A program made the position numbers and the translations under genes. DNA of 62,158 nucleotides, the filler included, from Sphacelaria rigidula (taxonomy: Eukaryota), in the NCBI GenBank assembly GCA_964200075.2. It is 6 parts of 6 records of this genome, joined end to end, with 100 filler letters (N's around TTAATTAATTAA, not from the genome) between each part and the next. Parts side by side here need not be neighbours in the genome. Positions count along the whole stretch, not along the records: positions 20,755 to 31,031 come from CAXNAA020006811.1; positions 31,132 to 41,407 come from CAXNAA020006812.1; 4 more parts are not named here. One strand, written 5' to 3'. Below the pieces are notes generated by a model. It made no database searches. It saw only the letters and a list, made by a program, of their open reading frames with translations, and had not been told where the DNA came from. This document shows, piece after piece, positions 25,401 to 37,500 of this stretch (position 1 is its first letter; every line of letters begins with the position of its first letter).

Positions 25401-26171
25401 GTGGCAGCTCACGTGAGGGCGAGACAGATGCTTGTTGCCAGTTTAGAAGGAAAGAGGGAGCAGGATATTTTAATCAGAGTCCACTCACCTGGTGCGGTTT
25501 GGAGAAAAATCGCGGATGTCTTTCGCCCCAAAACAAATGGGGCGAGGACCGCTTTGTTGGAAAATTTCGATGGAGCCAAGATTGGTGTTCGTGATGATCC
25601 AGAGCAGAAGCCGCTCGAGATGGAGAAAATTGCACGAGACCTGGACTCATACGAGGAACATCAACCACTAAGCGAAAACCACATCCTTTTGAAATACCTC
25701 AACGCATTGCCTTGTGAGTATCACGTTCAAAAGCAGTTGCTGGAGGATCGGGAGGGGCCGCTGACACGGGAGGTTGTGCTAACCTCGGTCCGAAAGCGCT
25801 TCGAATCGACCGCTTTGAAGCAGGAACTTGCCCGGGGACAGAAGTCATCCCCGGGCGACCAGGCTCTCCTCGCCAGGGGTGGCACCGGAAAATCGAGTGG
25901 TGCACACCACAAGGGAAAACCGGGAAAACCCCAGGGCTCTGGTCAGAAAAACGGCGGGAGCCAGGGTTCTAGTAGCCCTGGGTCGGCATCGTCGGACGAC
26001 AAACCGGCGACTGTGACGCTGCTCCGCTGCCACGTTTACGACGAAGACACGACGCACCGAGCCAGGAACTGCCCGAAGAGATACTGCGGGAGGTGCGGTC
26101 AGCAGGGGAACACGTCCTGGGACTGCGAAGAAAGAAGACGTGGCGATGGCGATGGACGCGGCCGACGATAG
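25401..26171 (+). pseudogene. gag: Copia Gag (retrotran_gag_2-like) with degenerate zinc knuckles
   Basis: AVWRKIADVF...ARTALLENF, YLNALPCEY, CGRCGQQGNTSWDC. Confidence 0.85.
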
Positions 26172-27515
26172 CCACAGCTCCTCCGTTTGTTCGATGGCGG
26201 ACGGGGAGGATTTCACCTCTTTCGACACCACCATCAACGGCGACACCGGCAAGTATGCAATGAGTGTTGGGCAGGGGGGTGATAGTCAGCAGGGTGAGGG
26301 CAAACCGTGGGAATTTGACACGGGGGCTACCCAGCACTTCTCCCGCGATTCCCATGGGATGACGAAGTACAGAGAGTGCAAGGGTAGGGTACTACGGTGC
26401 GCGGGTGGTAGTACTTACCCGATCGTAGGCAGAGGAAGTTTGTCTCTTGCCTTGAGATCTGACGGACAGTATGTGATGCTCAAATTAATAGATGTTGACC
26501 ATTTACCTGATGTCCGTCATCACCTCTTGCCACTCACGAGGGTCCAACACATGGGACACACCTACACTGGTTTTCGTGCAGGTTTCAAGGTAGCTCTCAT
26601 TTTAGGCAATACAATGAAAATACCCGGACAACCACGTCAACTGCAAATGTACGCCCGCCGCTTCGACCAAAGTGTTAGTGACAAGTGTTCTTCGGCATAT
26701 GCTGTTATTGCCCCGGGGGCTTCGCCTAGCCCCCAGATCGCTGACATGAACGAATTCCACTGTGTCCACGCCTATGTCTACGAGGACTTATTGCGAAAGA
26801 CGGCGAAGCAGCAGGGAAAGCAGTTGGCTGGGGAGCTACAGCCCTGCCGCGGCTGCTCAGAGGCGAAGGGACTGCGGCGGCCGATCCCAAGATCGACGCA
26901 CACAAGAGCAGCTAAGTCAGCGTCTAGGGTGTTTGTAGATCTTTCCGGTCCGAAACCAGTCAAGTCTTACGGGGGAAAGCCGTACACGATGATAGTCCGA
27001 GATGATCCCTCACGGCACACAAAGCTGTATTTCCTCCGGAAGAAGGATGAGGCAGAGAGATACTTCGCGAAATACATTGCATGGTCTCTCCAAGAAAAAT
27101 TGAGATAGTCCGTAGCGATGACGGGGGTGAGTTTTCGTAGGGTGCATTTGGTGAACTGTGCGACAGGGAAAAGATCAAGCAGGAGAAGACAACTGCCGAC
27201 GCACCCCAGTTCAACTGTATTGCAGAGCGAGCGTTGGGTATCATCGAAACAGCAGGCCTTGCGGCCAAGATCCAAGCATCTGAGCTGTACCCAGATGAGC
27301 GCATCCCAATTGATGACAACCTGTGGGCTGAACAGGCAAGCTGGGCGTGTCACGCCCTGAACTGTACCGCTACCTCGGTCAACCCGAAACACAAATCACC
27401 GCATGAAATGCCGTGTGGATCACCACCGGACTGCGATCTCCTTCCGTTCTTGAAGCCTGGGTTTTGTACGAGGAAGCGGCCAAACAAATTACAGCCGAAG
27501 GCGGAAAAATGCTAG
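26140..27515 (+). pseudogene. pol: Copia protease + integrase (frameshifted near 27090)
   Basis: WEFDTGATQHF, CRGCSEAK, VFVDLSGP, then VRSDDGGEF and PQFNCIAER in a shifted frame. Confidence 0.9.
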
Positions 27516-27884
27516 TACTTGAGCCCAGCTTCAGGCTACCCGCGTGACGCGATGCGAGTTTTGACTGTACGAGGAACTATTACCGTGACATGACATGTAA
27601 CATGGGCAAGTAAGTCCGCCACCCCCCCCCCCCGCACACTACAGCAAGCGATCCAGACGCCGGGCAAGCTGAAGAATTCCAACGTCGATCAAGGCTAGGG
27701 AGTGAGTGAGGAAAGAATGGAAAGCTCGACAGTGGACACTTCGTCCTGCGGTTCCTCAAGCGTACCGTCCTCCCCGCCGAGTTCCGTTGGTGGGAGGGGC
27801 GGAGCAGCACCACAGATCCCCGCCAGTAGTGGAGGGGGCGAAGTGCCTTCACGTCCGGAGCTGGAATCATCATCATCACTATCA

Positions 27885-28035
27885 ACGCCAACGTCAGCGC
27901 CGACGCCGACACCAGCGCAGACGCTGACACCCACGCCGACACCGACACCGACGCAGACGCCGACACCGACGCCGACGCCGACACCTACGCCGACGCCGAC
28001 ACCGACGCCGACGCCGACATCTACGCCGACGCTCA
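27885..28035 (+). repeat. (ACGCCG)n encoding (PT)n in the IN-RT linker
   Basis: Hexamer array; ORF 27702-28214 reads TPTPTPT. Confidence 0.9.
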
Positions 28036-28251
28036 CGTCGGCATCGAACACTCCCTCGTCGCCCGCACTGTCACCCTCTTCTACGGGTCCCTCGCAACAC
28101 GGCGGGGGGGGGCGGCGACGCTCCTCAACTCCCGAGGACCGAGCAACGCCGTCTGGCGTGGGCCGACGAGCTACCAACACCAAGGGCGGGGCGTGCGAGG
28201 AGCCAAACGCATGAGGCCACGGGGTCGGCACACACACGAGGCGAAACGCTG

Positions 28252-30060
28252 GTGGCTAGCGGAGCGGAGGAGAGCAGAAAGGAAGCGGAGATGGCACTGG
28301 CGGGAATGGCCGACGATAAATGCTCAACCATGGAGATGATCACCGCGGCAGCAGGACAGGTGGCAGGACAAGACGCAATCATCTCGATCCAAAACGAGCT
28401 AGCCGAAAACGAGTTTCTTTGTTTTGTTGCTGAGGAAAACAGAGTAGGGCAGCCTGATTTCGGTTTGCGCTCACCGGTTGGCCTACATGTAAGCGAATTA
28501 GACGCAGCACCCACCAGTATGGATGACATAGCAATATCAGAGTTTCGAGAGGCATGGCTAGGCGCGATGCAGGCCGAACTAGGAGGTCATGAAAAGGCTG
28601 GAACAATTTCGACTGACCCTGTACCGGAAGGAATCAACGTGGTTTCAGCGAAGTGGGTCTTGAGTTGGAAAACTGACGCAGATGGTACAATCACGAAGGC
28701 AAAGGCAAGGTTGGTAGCACGAGGATTCGGACAACGTTTTGCAGTCGACTATTTCGAGACTTTCGCGGCAACGCCCTCCATGCCCTCCATCAAACTGGTC
28801 ATGGCAGCGGCAGTTCAGGAAGAGTGGCCGCTGTATCATTTTGATGTGACACAGACTTTCGTTCACGCAGAGATGGACACTGACGTGTACATGAGGCTGC
28901 CTAAAGGTTTCTCCGTTTTGACAAACGTGACCGTGAAGGTGGAAAAATATATTTACGGGATCAAGCAAGTAGGCAGGCAGTGGTCTCGTTTTCTGTGGCA
29001 AACTTTACTGGAGGATGTTGGGATGGTGCAGTGTGAGGCTGACCCTTGCGTTTTCAGGATGGAGGATGCAGAAGACGCGCATGTCATTTTAGTTATCCAT
29101 GTGGACGACATTCTTGTCAGTGGGTATGAGGAAAACGTGGGAAAGGTGGGCAAACTTCTGAACAAAAAGTTCCCCACGAACAATCTCGGAGAGACCACAT
29201 GGTACATGGGGTGCGCAGTGGATAGAGACTGGGATAGAGGCACGCTGTCGGTGACGCAAACCACGTTCACGGACACGCTCCTAAAGCATTCTGAGGTGAG
29301 GGGGTATTCGGAAATCCCTGCTTCTGCTTCTGTAAAGTCGGGGGCGACAACGGGCCAAGACACGGTGGTGAATCGCCCATACCGTAACGCTGGGGGGTTA
29401 ATGTGGCTGGCAACAGTCACTAGACCTGACATGGCGAATTCAGTACGAGCGCTCGCTCGCTAATCGCATGATCCGTGCGAGAGGCACTGGGAAGCTGTGG
29501 TAAAGGTGCTCAAGTATCTAAATGAGACCAAGGAGTTTGGACTTACGTTCAAGAAAAGCCATGACAGGCTTTCAGTTTACTGCGATGCAGACTACGCCAA
29601 AAAGGAAACGGATAGGCGTTCGGTCTCAGGGGTAGCCGTAATGTACGGTGGTGTGGTAATGTTGGCAACGAACCGCACGCAACACTGTGTGACTTTCTCA
29701 ACTACGGAGGCAGAGTATGTCGCAATGGCCGAGGGGGCAAAGGAGGGACTATTTGTAAAGGCAGTGTTGACGTTCCTGCGATCTCAGACTGTGTCGGGAT
29801 GCGGGGAGGACCAAGTTATTGTTTTGTACGAGAACGACGAGGGAGCAGAAGCTTTGGCCGAAAATCCCCTCAGTTCCGAAAGGGGTAAGCACATCGACAT
29901 AAGGTATCACTTCATTCGAGAGCTGGTGGAGACGGGAAAGATCAGGGTTGTGCATGTAGGTTCAGGATGGCAGCATGCTGATATTTTGACAAAGCCTCTC
30001 TCGATCAACCTCTTGACGAGGCACAGACGGTTTTCGATGAACTTGGAAGGTGACAAGTAG
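28252..30060 (+). pseudogene. pol: Copia RT + RNase H (in-frame stop at 29461)
   Basis: KARLVARGFGQ, FDVTQTF, IYGIKQ, IHVDDILV, TRPDMA, YCDADYA, STTEAEY, KHIDIRYHFIRE, ADILTKPL. Confidence 0.95.
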
Positions 30061-30352
30061 GTACGTTTTTGTGTGTACCCTTGTGCTAGCTCCGGGTATT
30101 TTCAGGTGTTAGTGATGCATTCATGCGCATTTTGGGTTGAGCCACCCACGCTACTTTGAGGGGCATGGGCATTGTAGGGCATTTCCTGACATGACGTATA
30201 TCTGCCTTGACCGGTGTCCATGGAGTATCTAGATGGAGCACAAGCTGTTGAGGGGAGGGTTTTTTTGCTCGGATGACCGGGTTTCCCCCTTACAACTTTT
30301 TTCTTTTTAGAGAAAGAAAGCCACCACGACTGATGTACCGGTTCAGAGGAGG

Positions 30353-30511
30353 CGTTCATGTGAACGGGTACACTGAGTGAGCATGCACATGTGCGGATAG
30401 ATTTATGCTGACGCACGGGTACTGGTAGTCAAGTGTGTGTGACTACAGTACCATACTCAGGCCGGCTGCGACGCGGCCGTCTGAGTTCACTCCACATCTG
30501 ATCCCTCTATG
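30353..30511 (+). repeat. Copia-1 3' LTR (truncated)
   Basis: Copy of 24503-24661, ending at a MITE. Confidence 0.9.
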
Positions 30512-30858
30512 CACATGATGAAAACGGTTCCCAAAACCTAAGGGAGCATGGCTTCCCTGTCCCCCAGCCAGGCATCGCTGAACAAGGAACGACTTTTACA
30601 GGCGGGTACAACACACATGGGGGCCCGGAGAAGCTTCTTTCCATCAAAATCTCTGTCTTCCAAGCTGCAAAGTGTTCCAAGCGCATGGTTTTTGAATACG
30701 AACAGTAACTTGTCGAAATATGTTCCGTTGTTCGAGCAGTGTTCGACGCCGATGCCCGAAAAGTTTCGTTTTGCTGTTGAACAGTTTCTTCTGATGTTCA
30801 ACTGGACCTGAAGCGGACACCTTCCCTCAGGTTTTCAGAACCGTTTTCATCATGTACA
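30510..30858. mobile_element. TA-flanked MITE (Tc1/mariner type)
   Basis: TA|tgcacatgatgaaaacggttcccaaaacctaaggga ... tccctcaggttttcagaaccgttttcatcatgtaca|TA. Confidence 0.85.
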
Positions 30859-31031
30859 TACAGCTCATGAAAATCAAACTGTCCAGCTTTCACAGGTCTT
30901 GCAAAATCGGTGTAGTCTGTTAGAGAGACCACCACTGCGCAGACGGGAGGTAGCTATGATCCGGTTTGCCTGGCGTACTGCCGACAGCGTCGCGTGAAAG
31001 CCACAAGACCCTTGCTGTCGGCGGTTGATAG

Positions 31032-31131
31032 NNNNNNNNNNNNNNNNNNNNNNNNNNNNNNNNNNNNNNNNNNNNTTAATTAATTAANNNNNNNNNNNNN
31101 NNNNNNNNNNNNNNNNNNNNNNNNNNNNNNN
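31032..31131. other. artificial contig spacer
   Basis: N run with TTAATTAATTAA. Confidence 0.97.
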
Positions 31132-31306
31132 GCTGTCACGAGACTGTCTTCTGCTGCCGTTGCAAAAATATCAAACGCCTCGTACTCTGGGAGAGTACGT
31201 CAATGTACGTACGTCACCTCGAAAAATCGGGGGAGTCACTATCTCGGAACGGTTTCCCCCCGATTTTTTCGAAAAAACGGGGAAAAACGTTCCGAGATTG
31301 AGACCC

Positions 31307-31423
31307 CCCGATTTTTTCGGCCCCGACTTGGTCCGAATCCGTATCCATAAAATGCGATCCCCGATTTTTTGTCCCCTCGATTTTGAAAAAATCAATAATT
31401 CGTGCTTGCCATAAAAGTGGGTC
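31307..31423 (+). repeat. dispersed repeat shared with 51884-51999
   Basis: acttggtcc.aatccgt...ccccgattttttgtcccc...ataaaagtgggtct occurs in both places. Confidence 0.75.
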
Positions 31424-32811
31424 TAAACCTCTTTGAGAAAAGCGGCCTGATGACCAGAATAGTCACCCCGCTCCTCTCGGGTATCTTTTCTGGTTTGACC
31501 CTTGGACCGCAAGGGTATGTCACCTACTGAATCCGCACCAGTATTCACTCGAAAAAAGTACGCGTTATCCAGATGGACTACCGGCACCGCGGTCGAAGAG
31601 TTGACCCCTGGACGGCGAGAGTAGGTCATCTGTTGAATCGGTATTAATTTCACTTGGAAAAAAGTATGAATGATCCAGATGGACTACGAGTACGCTTGCG
31701 GTCTACGGGTCGAAATTTTCCGTCAGAAACTTACAAATACACATGGTTGACTGGGTGAGCTTCGCGACTCTATAATACGAACAGCCCTCCCCCCCCTCCC
31801 CTCCAACCAATCCCTGGAAAACCCCGGATATCGCTGGACCGTCCGGTGGTGAAACTGTTTCAAGGCGAAGCTCGCGATCTAAACGTTTGTCTTTTTCGGA
31901 CCGGTCTCCTACGTGTACTAACGGAAGTGAAGGATCGGAGCGTAGCGGGATCTGCGGTTTGTGTATCGGCACGACTCGTGTCATGGTGCAACGGATCAAG
32001 CTGCCGGATTACAGCTAAGCAAGAATCGGATTCAGCATAGTCGGGGAAAGGATTGGTAACACCAGTACAGTACAGTATTTATTCATCAATATCGTCAAGC
32101 AACGCAGCAGGCGATTTCGTTTCCCATCCCTCCCACCCAACAGGGAAGTAGTATCGTGGTAAGCATGTAGGAGAGCAGAATGCGTTTTCTTGCGTTTATA
32201 CGCGTACAAGTGTAAGATATTTTTATGGGCGTGCGGTGCACGAGGGGCACCAGATTGAAGAAATGCTACTCGAGAGGGGGGCGATATGCCGTCTCTATCT
32301 CGAGCTCGGGATTGAAGCATTCCGCACCGTTTCCTTGCGTATGCTTGCCGGGAAAAAATTAATAAAGCTATTCCAGATTCACCAGAGGATCAAACGGGGG
32401 GGTTAGGAGGTGGTCTGCGTGCTTGGTCCATTGGTGAATTGGCATCATTCTCGGCCATCTACGATTTGAAGTGAAAATGATGCCGATCCACACTGGCTTC
32501 TCACCCTCCTTCGGTGGACCCCAGTCCAGAAAGGCTGAGGTCATGTCTTATCGAGACCAAAAAGAGAAGCAAAGGGAGGAACAAGAGTCCAAAAAAGGGC
32601 ATGTTCATCAATCGCCGCAAAATAGCCAACAAGCTGCTTTGGGACGCTTGTTTTTTTCCCGCTTGTTCTTTCGTCTCACGGAGACATGGCCTTCAAGGCC
32701 TCAACCTTAACACCGCGAGGGTGGAGCACCCGCTGAATTGGCATCAACTTTCACTTGAAGGAAGTATGCGTGATCCAGATGGACTACCCGCACCGCGGTC
32801 TAAACTCTTGA

Positions 32812-32907
32812 AACCCATTGAAGAGTGTTGTTTTCGTAAATCGGCATCATTTTCAGTCATTTTCGAGTGAAAATGATGCCGTTCTACGAAAACAACAATC
32901 GTCAATG
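32812..32907. repeat. hairpin repeat, copy 3
   Basis: cattgaagagtgttgttttcgtaaatcggcatcatttt...aaaatgatgccgttctacgaaaacaacaatcgtcaatg. Confidence 0.75.
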
Positions 32908-33226
32908 CTAAGCAAGTAGTTCAGTTTTGCTTTTCACCTTGTTCAAACACTTCCCCCTCGACTTCTTCGCGAAATTTTTCGACGCTAGGTTTTCACAGAA
33001 ATCAGTACTGTTGTAGTCAGACTGTCTCTCGAGGTTGGCTTTGGTCGACGTATTTCCACTTCTTGGACATTTTACATTGTTTCCGGCCCTCTTGCAGGCA
33101 ATATCACCGTGACAACTCCGGGGCAATTTTGCACCACCCCACCGAGAGGAGTCTAGCCCACTTTTGCGATTCGCTTGGCTCCGGGGTCGAGAGAAGGGTC
33201 TCTGAGGTTGTGTCTTTGCACATGAG

Positions 33227-33373
33227 TTTTCGATCGAAAAAGTGCGGTGAAAACCAATATCCCGATGTGACGGGTCGTGATTTTGATCATCTTCGAAAAT
33301 GAACCACGATAGTTGAAATCACGACCCATCAGATCGAAATTTTCCGTTTCCACCGCACATTTTCGATCGAAAA
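33227..33373. repeat. ~147-bp imperfect foldback
   Basis: ttttcgatcgaaaaagtgcggtg...gggtcgtgattt / aaatcacgaccc...caccgcacattttcgatcgaaaa. Confidence 0.75.
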
Positions 33374-34279
33374 ATAATTTGCTGAGACACACCCTGAACC
33401 AGGGGCAGCGCGGAGAAAAATTTCGGGGTGTACTTCCTCCCCCCCTTCCCCCGGAGAGCATTTTTTCAAAAAATGAAAGTTGTCATGATTTTTTTTTTTC
33501 CCCATCAACTTCGTTCCAAGAAATTGACTAACACAATCTGACAAAAGCCGAAAAGTCCGGTGGGCTTCGCGTGATTCGTGTACCTGCTTCTACTCCTTGC
33601 CCGCTCTGGCCCGATTGTAATGCGTGAGAGGACCGTGTCGTAGTTCGAAACGCCTCAGAATGGAAGTTGTTCAAAACCTATCGGGTCAGTCCCTGCAGGG
33701 ACCACGCCCCTGACACTAACCCCGCAACACTATTTCAACCCTAACCCTAACCATGAGGATGTTTAAATGCCGATGCAGTCCTGAAGCACGCGGTCCTCTC
33801 ACGTCAAACCGATGACCTCAAATACCGGAGGGCATTCTTTAGTTTGTCCTGTTTTTTTCCCCGTTACTTTGTTGCAAGGAATTGATCAGTAAACATTGAC
33901 AACTATCGAAGAAGCTAGTGGGCTTGCGCGGTTTATATCAAATTTGCTTCTGTTCCTTGCCCGCTCTGTCCCGATGGCCTCAGGTCTACATGCCAAGGAT
34001 TTTTGTCCCCGGCAGCTGACCGCATCGGCCAAAGCTTCGGCAATTAACCAGGGGACAGACGGCTGGGTGCCTCCCACCCCCCCCCCCCTCCCCCGAGAAA
34101 ACTCAAATTGTCGATCTTGGGCCCTGCATGTCTGGTATTTATTTCATGCTGCCCAGTGCCTGAAGATGAATCTACGTGGGCAAAAAATGCCGTGCCTGCA
34201 GAGTTTTCAACGTGTGATGGCGACATTCCCTCTTTGGAGGCCCAAATCCGTGTCAAATATCCCCGAAGTGGAAAGTATG

Positions 34280-34536
34280 CAAGGGTCGGACAAATAATGA
34301 TTCGTCTGTAAATTACTTGGTTCTAGTATAGTGAGTCGACTCGTGACGAATCAATCCCTAGGCTACATTTCAACGTTGCAACCCAGGTACACGCAGCGCA
34401 GACAGGTGGAATGGCGCAAAAGTTGCGGGGATACCCCTTGGACCAGCGGTCAACGTTTTTTCTACCTTTCGGGCAATCAGGCTGAAGAAATCGTGAATTT
34501 GGTGATTTTGAATGGTGATGATTTGTCCTATCCGTG
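34280..34536 (+). mobile_element. hAT-type MITE (257 bp) with 8-bp TSD AAAGTATG
   Basis: AAAGTATG|caagggtcggacaaataat ... atgatttgtcctatccgtg|AAAGTATG. Confidence 0.9.
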
Positions 34537-37500
34537 AAAGTATGTCCCCCCCTAAAAAAAACGTGAGAAACGGCCACGAAATCTGCTCTCACACTTTGAC
34601 CCAAAAACTGTATATTCTGCACGCCAGCAGTCGACACCTTTCAGGTGTATGACGGGGCATAATCCGGGGTCACATGGGAGGAAGGCCAGCCCAGGAGTTT
34701 TCTTTGCTTTGTGTGAGTAATCCACCTTCCTTCTGCGCCGGTTGCCATATTTTTTTCATCTCGAGAGAGGAGTTTAGCGGTCCATTCTCCCTCGTCGACG
34801 GTGACGTCAAATTTCCACCATCAGGCGCGGTTCCATGATTTCGACCAAAAGTAATCATTTAATACTAATCTACAGTACATGTTGCCAAATATTTGAACAG
34901 GTTTTTCATCCAATGCAGTTGTGTACAGGCTATGTATGTCGTGTAACATGTTTCTTCCACAAGTTGCCCATTACATACCCTAGTTGGTTGTGTAACATTT
35001 TCATCCAATAGTTGCAATAATTTGACCCGAAAGGTACAGCATTTGCAGGCCAATTACGTTTCGCGAAATTCAGGTATAGAGGGGGTTTTCAATATTACAG
35101 ATACATGAATGCGGAGTAAATGCCCCGGCCATTCTTCTTCTCCATCACGGATGAGCTGGGAGAACTATTTTGGAGATTCGGGATTAGACGTGCTGCCGTC
35201 GATTTGTCACCATCAACTCAGCATGGAGCTGGTATTCTACTTCAGACCAGCAGACGTATATGTCAAGTATTGCTATGGTAAAGTGTGGCACAGAGTGCTT
35301 TCTTTCGGAATGTGGGGAGTACAACCGTACAGCAGTAGTGTTACAGAAGTACAGCATGAAAGCACGTGCGGAGAGACAGGATGGACAACGAGTACCCTCT
35401 GTACACAATAGTCACGAGGTGTGACTGCGTCTGATGTGCGGAGAATTTGATGCGACCCACAGTTCACACCACGTTGTCTTTTGTTCTACAGACAGTGCGG
35501 GAATGACATAGACAGCAAGGCACCGTACCGAGCTTCAAAACAGGCGACCGGAATTCGGGCATCATTTCTCAAGAGAAAGTGATGCCCGTTCAACAAACAT
35601 CACCATCCCATTCGTGCGCGGGAAAAGGATTTGCATCGTCTCCTTTCCCGCGAGGTGCTCGACAGGTGGATGATCTTATTTCATGCGCGCTCAAGAAGCG
35701 GATCTATTTGATGTCATGCCATCACCGTGATGGAATAGACTCATTCCTGTGCTGCTTGATATGTGGTGGAGGGAGCTCGAGTTGCTCCTACTGAAAGACC
35801 TAGTACTGCGCTTTAGGGTATGGATAGGATAAGTAAGAGTTCACAGCAGTGCAAGGCATTTGCCAGCCTGTCGTTGGCTATTTTTGTGAAAATCCTTGCG
35901 AAGCATGAACGGGATCTCTCCCTGCGGGTGTACGGGACCTTGGGCATCTTCAGGAAAAATATTTTCAAAGACCACGCCGGAAAGCGCCTGCAAAATTGTC
36001 CTACATGCAGAGAACCTCACAGCACCTTCACAACATCGAAAACGGTATGGTACAGAACAGCCGACACAACACGGAGCGTACCCGATCGGTTTGTTGTTCC
36101 GCATACACTGGAGCACATGTTGACAAAACAGAACAAGGCGCAAGTCGAAGCGACTCTCTCGAAAAAAAACGCGGCAGTCAGAGAGCCACATACGCGTTCT
36201 TTACCTTCAAAGAGTGCTAGGACGCCCACCAGTATCCGTATTCTCATGTGCTGGGGGAAAATATTTGTATTTGTCGCGCGCTTCGTGGGCTGTTTTCGCG
36301 TCTTTCGCCAGAGGGTATCCAGATCGCTCCAACATACAAAATACCTGCACAAGACCAAATCTCCACAGCTCAACAGACTGTTGAACTGCCATGTTACCTG
36401 CCGTTCTGACGGTGCCGTCTGTTTCGCAATACATACACGTTGCTGCGAGTCTCACGGGAACGCGACCTGAGTAGGAAGTACATGATACCCCGATTTTTAC
36501 CAGCCTTCCGTGTGCTGGCCGGTGAATTACTCTTCACCTGACTGGAATATCGTCATCAATTTGGTTGATCATGCAGAACCAAGCAAGTACCAGCGAGAGG
36601 TGGATAGGTGTTCGGGTACACTCGTATTGAGAAAAGGGTACCCAACGCAATTAGTTCGCCTCTTAGTCTCTCGAAGGAGTTCTCGAACGAGAGCGGGCGA
36701 GAGAGCGGGCGAAGCTGAAGCGGTGTCGAGGTGAATGAGCACAAGCTCACAGTATTTCTATATCAGAAAGGCAACTGAAAGTTACAAATTTAGTGTCCAG
36801 CGAGGGCAAAGCAACAGCTGTCCCGAGATGGCAAGCAACACCGCGGGTGTTCCCGTCGCAGGTGTTTCCAGTCCGAGCAAGTGAGAGTATCGGGTTCAAT
36901 GTATCGTCGGGAACATGAACCCGTATACTCCTAAAACTAACGCACCAGGAATGGGGCAGGGACGTTGCTCAAAACACGGGCAGAAGTACATCATCGATGG
37001 ATCAGGAGAACAAATGGTGCTTTGATTGAAGTAGTCTAGACATGACTTTGTGAAGACGGAAATACATACTAGTAGTGTGTGTGTCGAATGTGTCAAGTCG
37101 ACCAAGTGCGCAACGATAATTGTCAAACGACACACATGCACCCCCAGGCAACGGCGCTAGCAGACGAGAAATCCGCCGGGCATATTTCACCTCGTCCAGC
37201 ACTTGGCGTGTGTGCCTCTCGAGCGAACATCCTAAATCACAATAGCAGGTAATAGTCCGTTACACGAGGGGTCATGAGTGCACTTCTTCAGGACAGAACA
37301 GGTAGCACTCGCCCAGTAAACGCTCCACTCCACTCAAGATCGCGCAGCGGAACGAGCACTCACCGCGCGAGAGTGAACGCTGTGGTGATATTTTTTGGTG
37401 CGGTACCAGCAGACAACAGTACAATAATGCGTGCTGCGTACACCATAACCGCCGCCGTGCTCAAGAGCGTTTGCGTTCCAGGACAATCGAGAGCGGAATA

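Larger units (their letters stand above)
24503..30511 (+). mobile_element. Ty1/Copia LTR retrotransposon, near complete but disrupted
   Basis: 5' LTR and truncated 3' LTR (6 differences in 159 bp by eye), PPT agaggagg, domain order gag-PR-IN-RT-RH. Confidence 0.95.

Noticed and set aside
27695-28237. (VG)n membrane protein ORF
   Set aside because: Antisense shadow of the (PT)n repeat.
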